Assembly (NCBI GenBank): GCA_038153405.1
Contig: JAYOYH010000013.1
Location: 44,334-108,333 of the forward strand
Direction: 5' to 3'
Length of the DNA stretch: 64,000 bases
Source of the DNA: Gemmatimonadota bacterium
GTDB lineage: Bacteria; Latescibacterota; UBA2968; UBA8231
Shown here: positions 63,324 through 64,000 of the stretch, in pieces
Layout: each line of letters opens with the position of its first letter
Numbering within the stretch: the stretch's first letter is position 1
The notes under the pieces: generated by a model
What the model saw: the letters and a program-made list of their open reading frames with translations, nothing else
Told to the model about the DNA's origin: nothing
Databases searched by the model: none
Position numbers and translations under genes: made by a program

Positions 63324-64000
63324 ATGAAGGGGAAGCTATGGGTTGCTGGTTTAGTGTTGCTTGCAGTGCTGAATGGGAATGGGGTTGCAGATAAAGGGAA
63401 GTTATCCGGCTATATGTTCGGCGATTATTACTATGTCGCTGCGGCGGCTAGCGACTCCAGGGAGGGAGAAAATGCGCTGCAGTTTCGCCGGATGTACCTG
63501 ACCTATGACAAAGGGATTGACGACGGTCTTTCTACACGCCTGCGGCTGGAGGCCAACGATGCCGGTTATGGAAGTGGCGCAAAGATGGTGCCTTTCGTCA
63601 AGCACGCCTACTTAAAGTGGAGTAAGTACTTGGGGAGTGCTGACTTATATCTTGGACTGTCGGGCACGCCAACCTGGGCGCTGGCCGAGAGCGTCTGGGG
63701 GTATCGCTCCATCGAGAAGACCGTGTTGGATTTGAATAAGATTGGCTCTTCTGCCGACCTAGGAGTTGCACTCAAGGGAAAGGCCGGCCGGCTGTCCTAT
63801 TTCACTATGCTCGGTAACGGTCCAGGGCAAAAGTCAGAAGACGACAACGGCAAGAAGGTTTATGCCTCGGTGAGTATGGCACCCGGCGAGGGACTCGTCG
63901 TCGAGGGATATGCCGATTATAACGTGCGTTCGCAAGAGCGTGAAGATCGTACAGAAACGACGCTGAAAATCTTTGCCGGTTACCGCGGCGATGGATTTAA
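63324..64000 (+). CDS. Partial outer-membrane beta-barrel porin (OprO/OprP-like, possibly phosphate-selective); runs off the window
   Basis: Manual translation: MKGKLWVAGLVLLAVLNGNGVA (signal), GKLSGYMFGDYYY, FRRMYLTYD, RLRLE, FVKHAYL.W, WGYRSIEK, SADLG..L.G, GNG; open frame to the window end. Confidence 0.75.
   Translation, partial: MKGKLWVAGLVLLAVLNGNGVADKGKLSGYMFGDYYYVAAAASDSREGENALQFRRMYLTYDKGIDDGLSTRLRLEANDAGYGSGAKMVPFVKHAYLKWSKYLGSADLYLGLSGTPTWALAESVWGYRSIEKTVLDLNKIGSSADLGVALKGKAGRLSYFTMLGNGPGQKSEDDNGKKVYASVSMAPGEGLVVEGYADYNVRSQEREDRTETTLKIFAGYRGDGF

Noticed and set aside
1..64000. CRISPR arrays, tRNA/rRNA, IS elements, prophage or defence genes
   Set aside because: No repeat-spacer arrays, cloverleafs, transposase/integrase or phage motifs were recognised

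Overview
GC-rich bacterial chromosomal segment, densely coding (about 50 CDS). I found no rRNA, tRNA, CRISPR array, transposase or phage gene. The gene content suggests a diderm of the FCB group, Latescibacterota-like; this is inference from the TonB receptor + DUF4249-like lipoprotein, a secreted protein with a FlgD-Ig/T9SS-like tail, and several PhyH and Gfo/Idh/MocA paralogues. Housekeeping genes: NuoEF/FdsGB-like fusion plus a partial NuoG/FdsA-like gene, hom-apgM-asd, aspartokinase, ung, recG, trpBA, mgtE, an L,D-transpeptidase, glgC and a partial porin. They are interspersed with glycan-modification genes (methyltransferase, flippase, TMTC-like GT-C/TPR, GT4, sulfotransferase) and catabolic enzymes. 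Most notable observations: (1) a near-consensus sigma54 promoter with an IHF site and upstream palindromes driving an ORF-less ~80-nt hairpin-terminated transcript (candidate new sRNA, 3936-4015, minus strand); (2) a stand-alone murG-mraY pair in which MurG carries a ~285-aa HEAT-repeat extension and MraY has a degenerate conserved motif; (3) a ~185-nt structured non-coding element between convergent trpA and an SDR gene; (4) a perfect 58-bp palindrome and an 11-bp-periodic Pho-box-like array before the porin. All calls come from reading motifs by eye; no searches were run.
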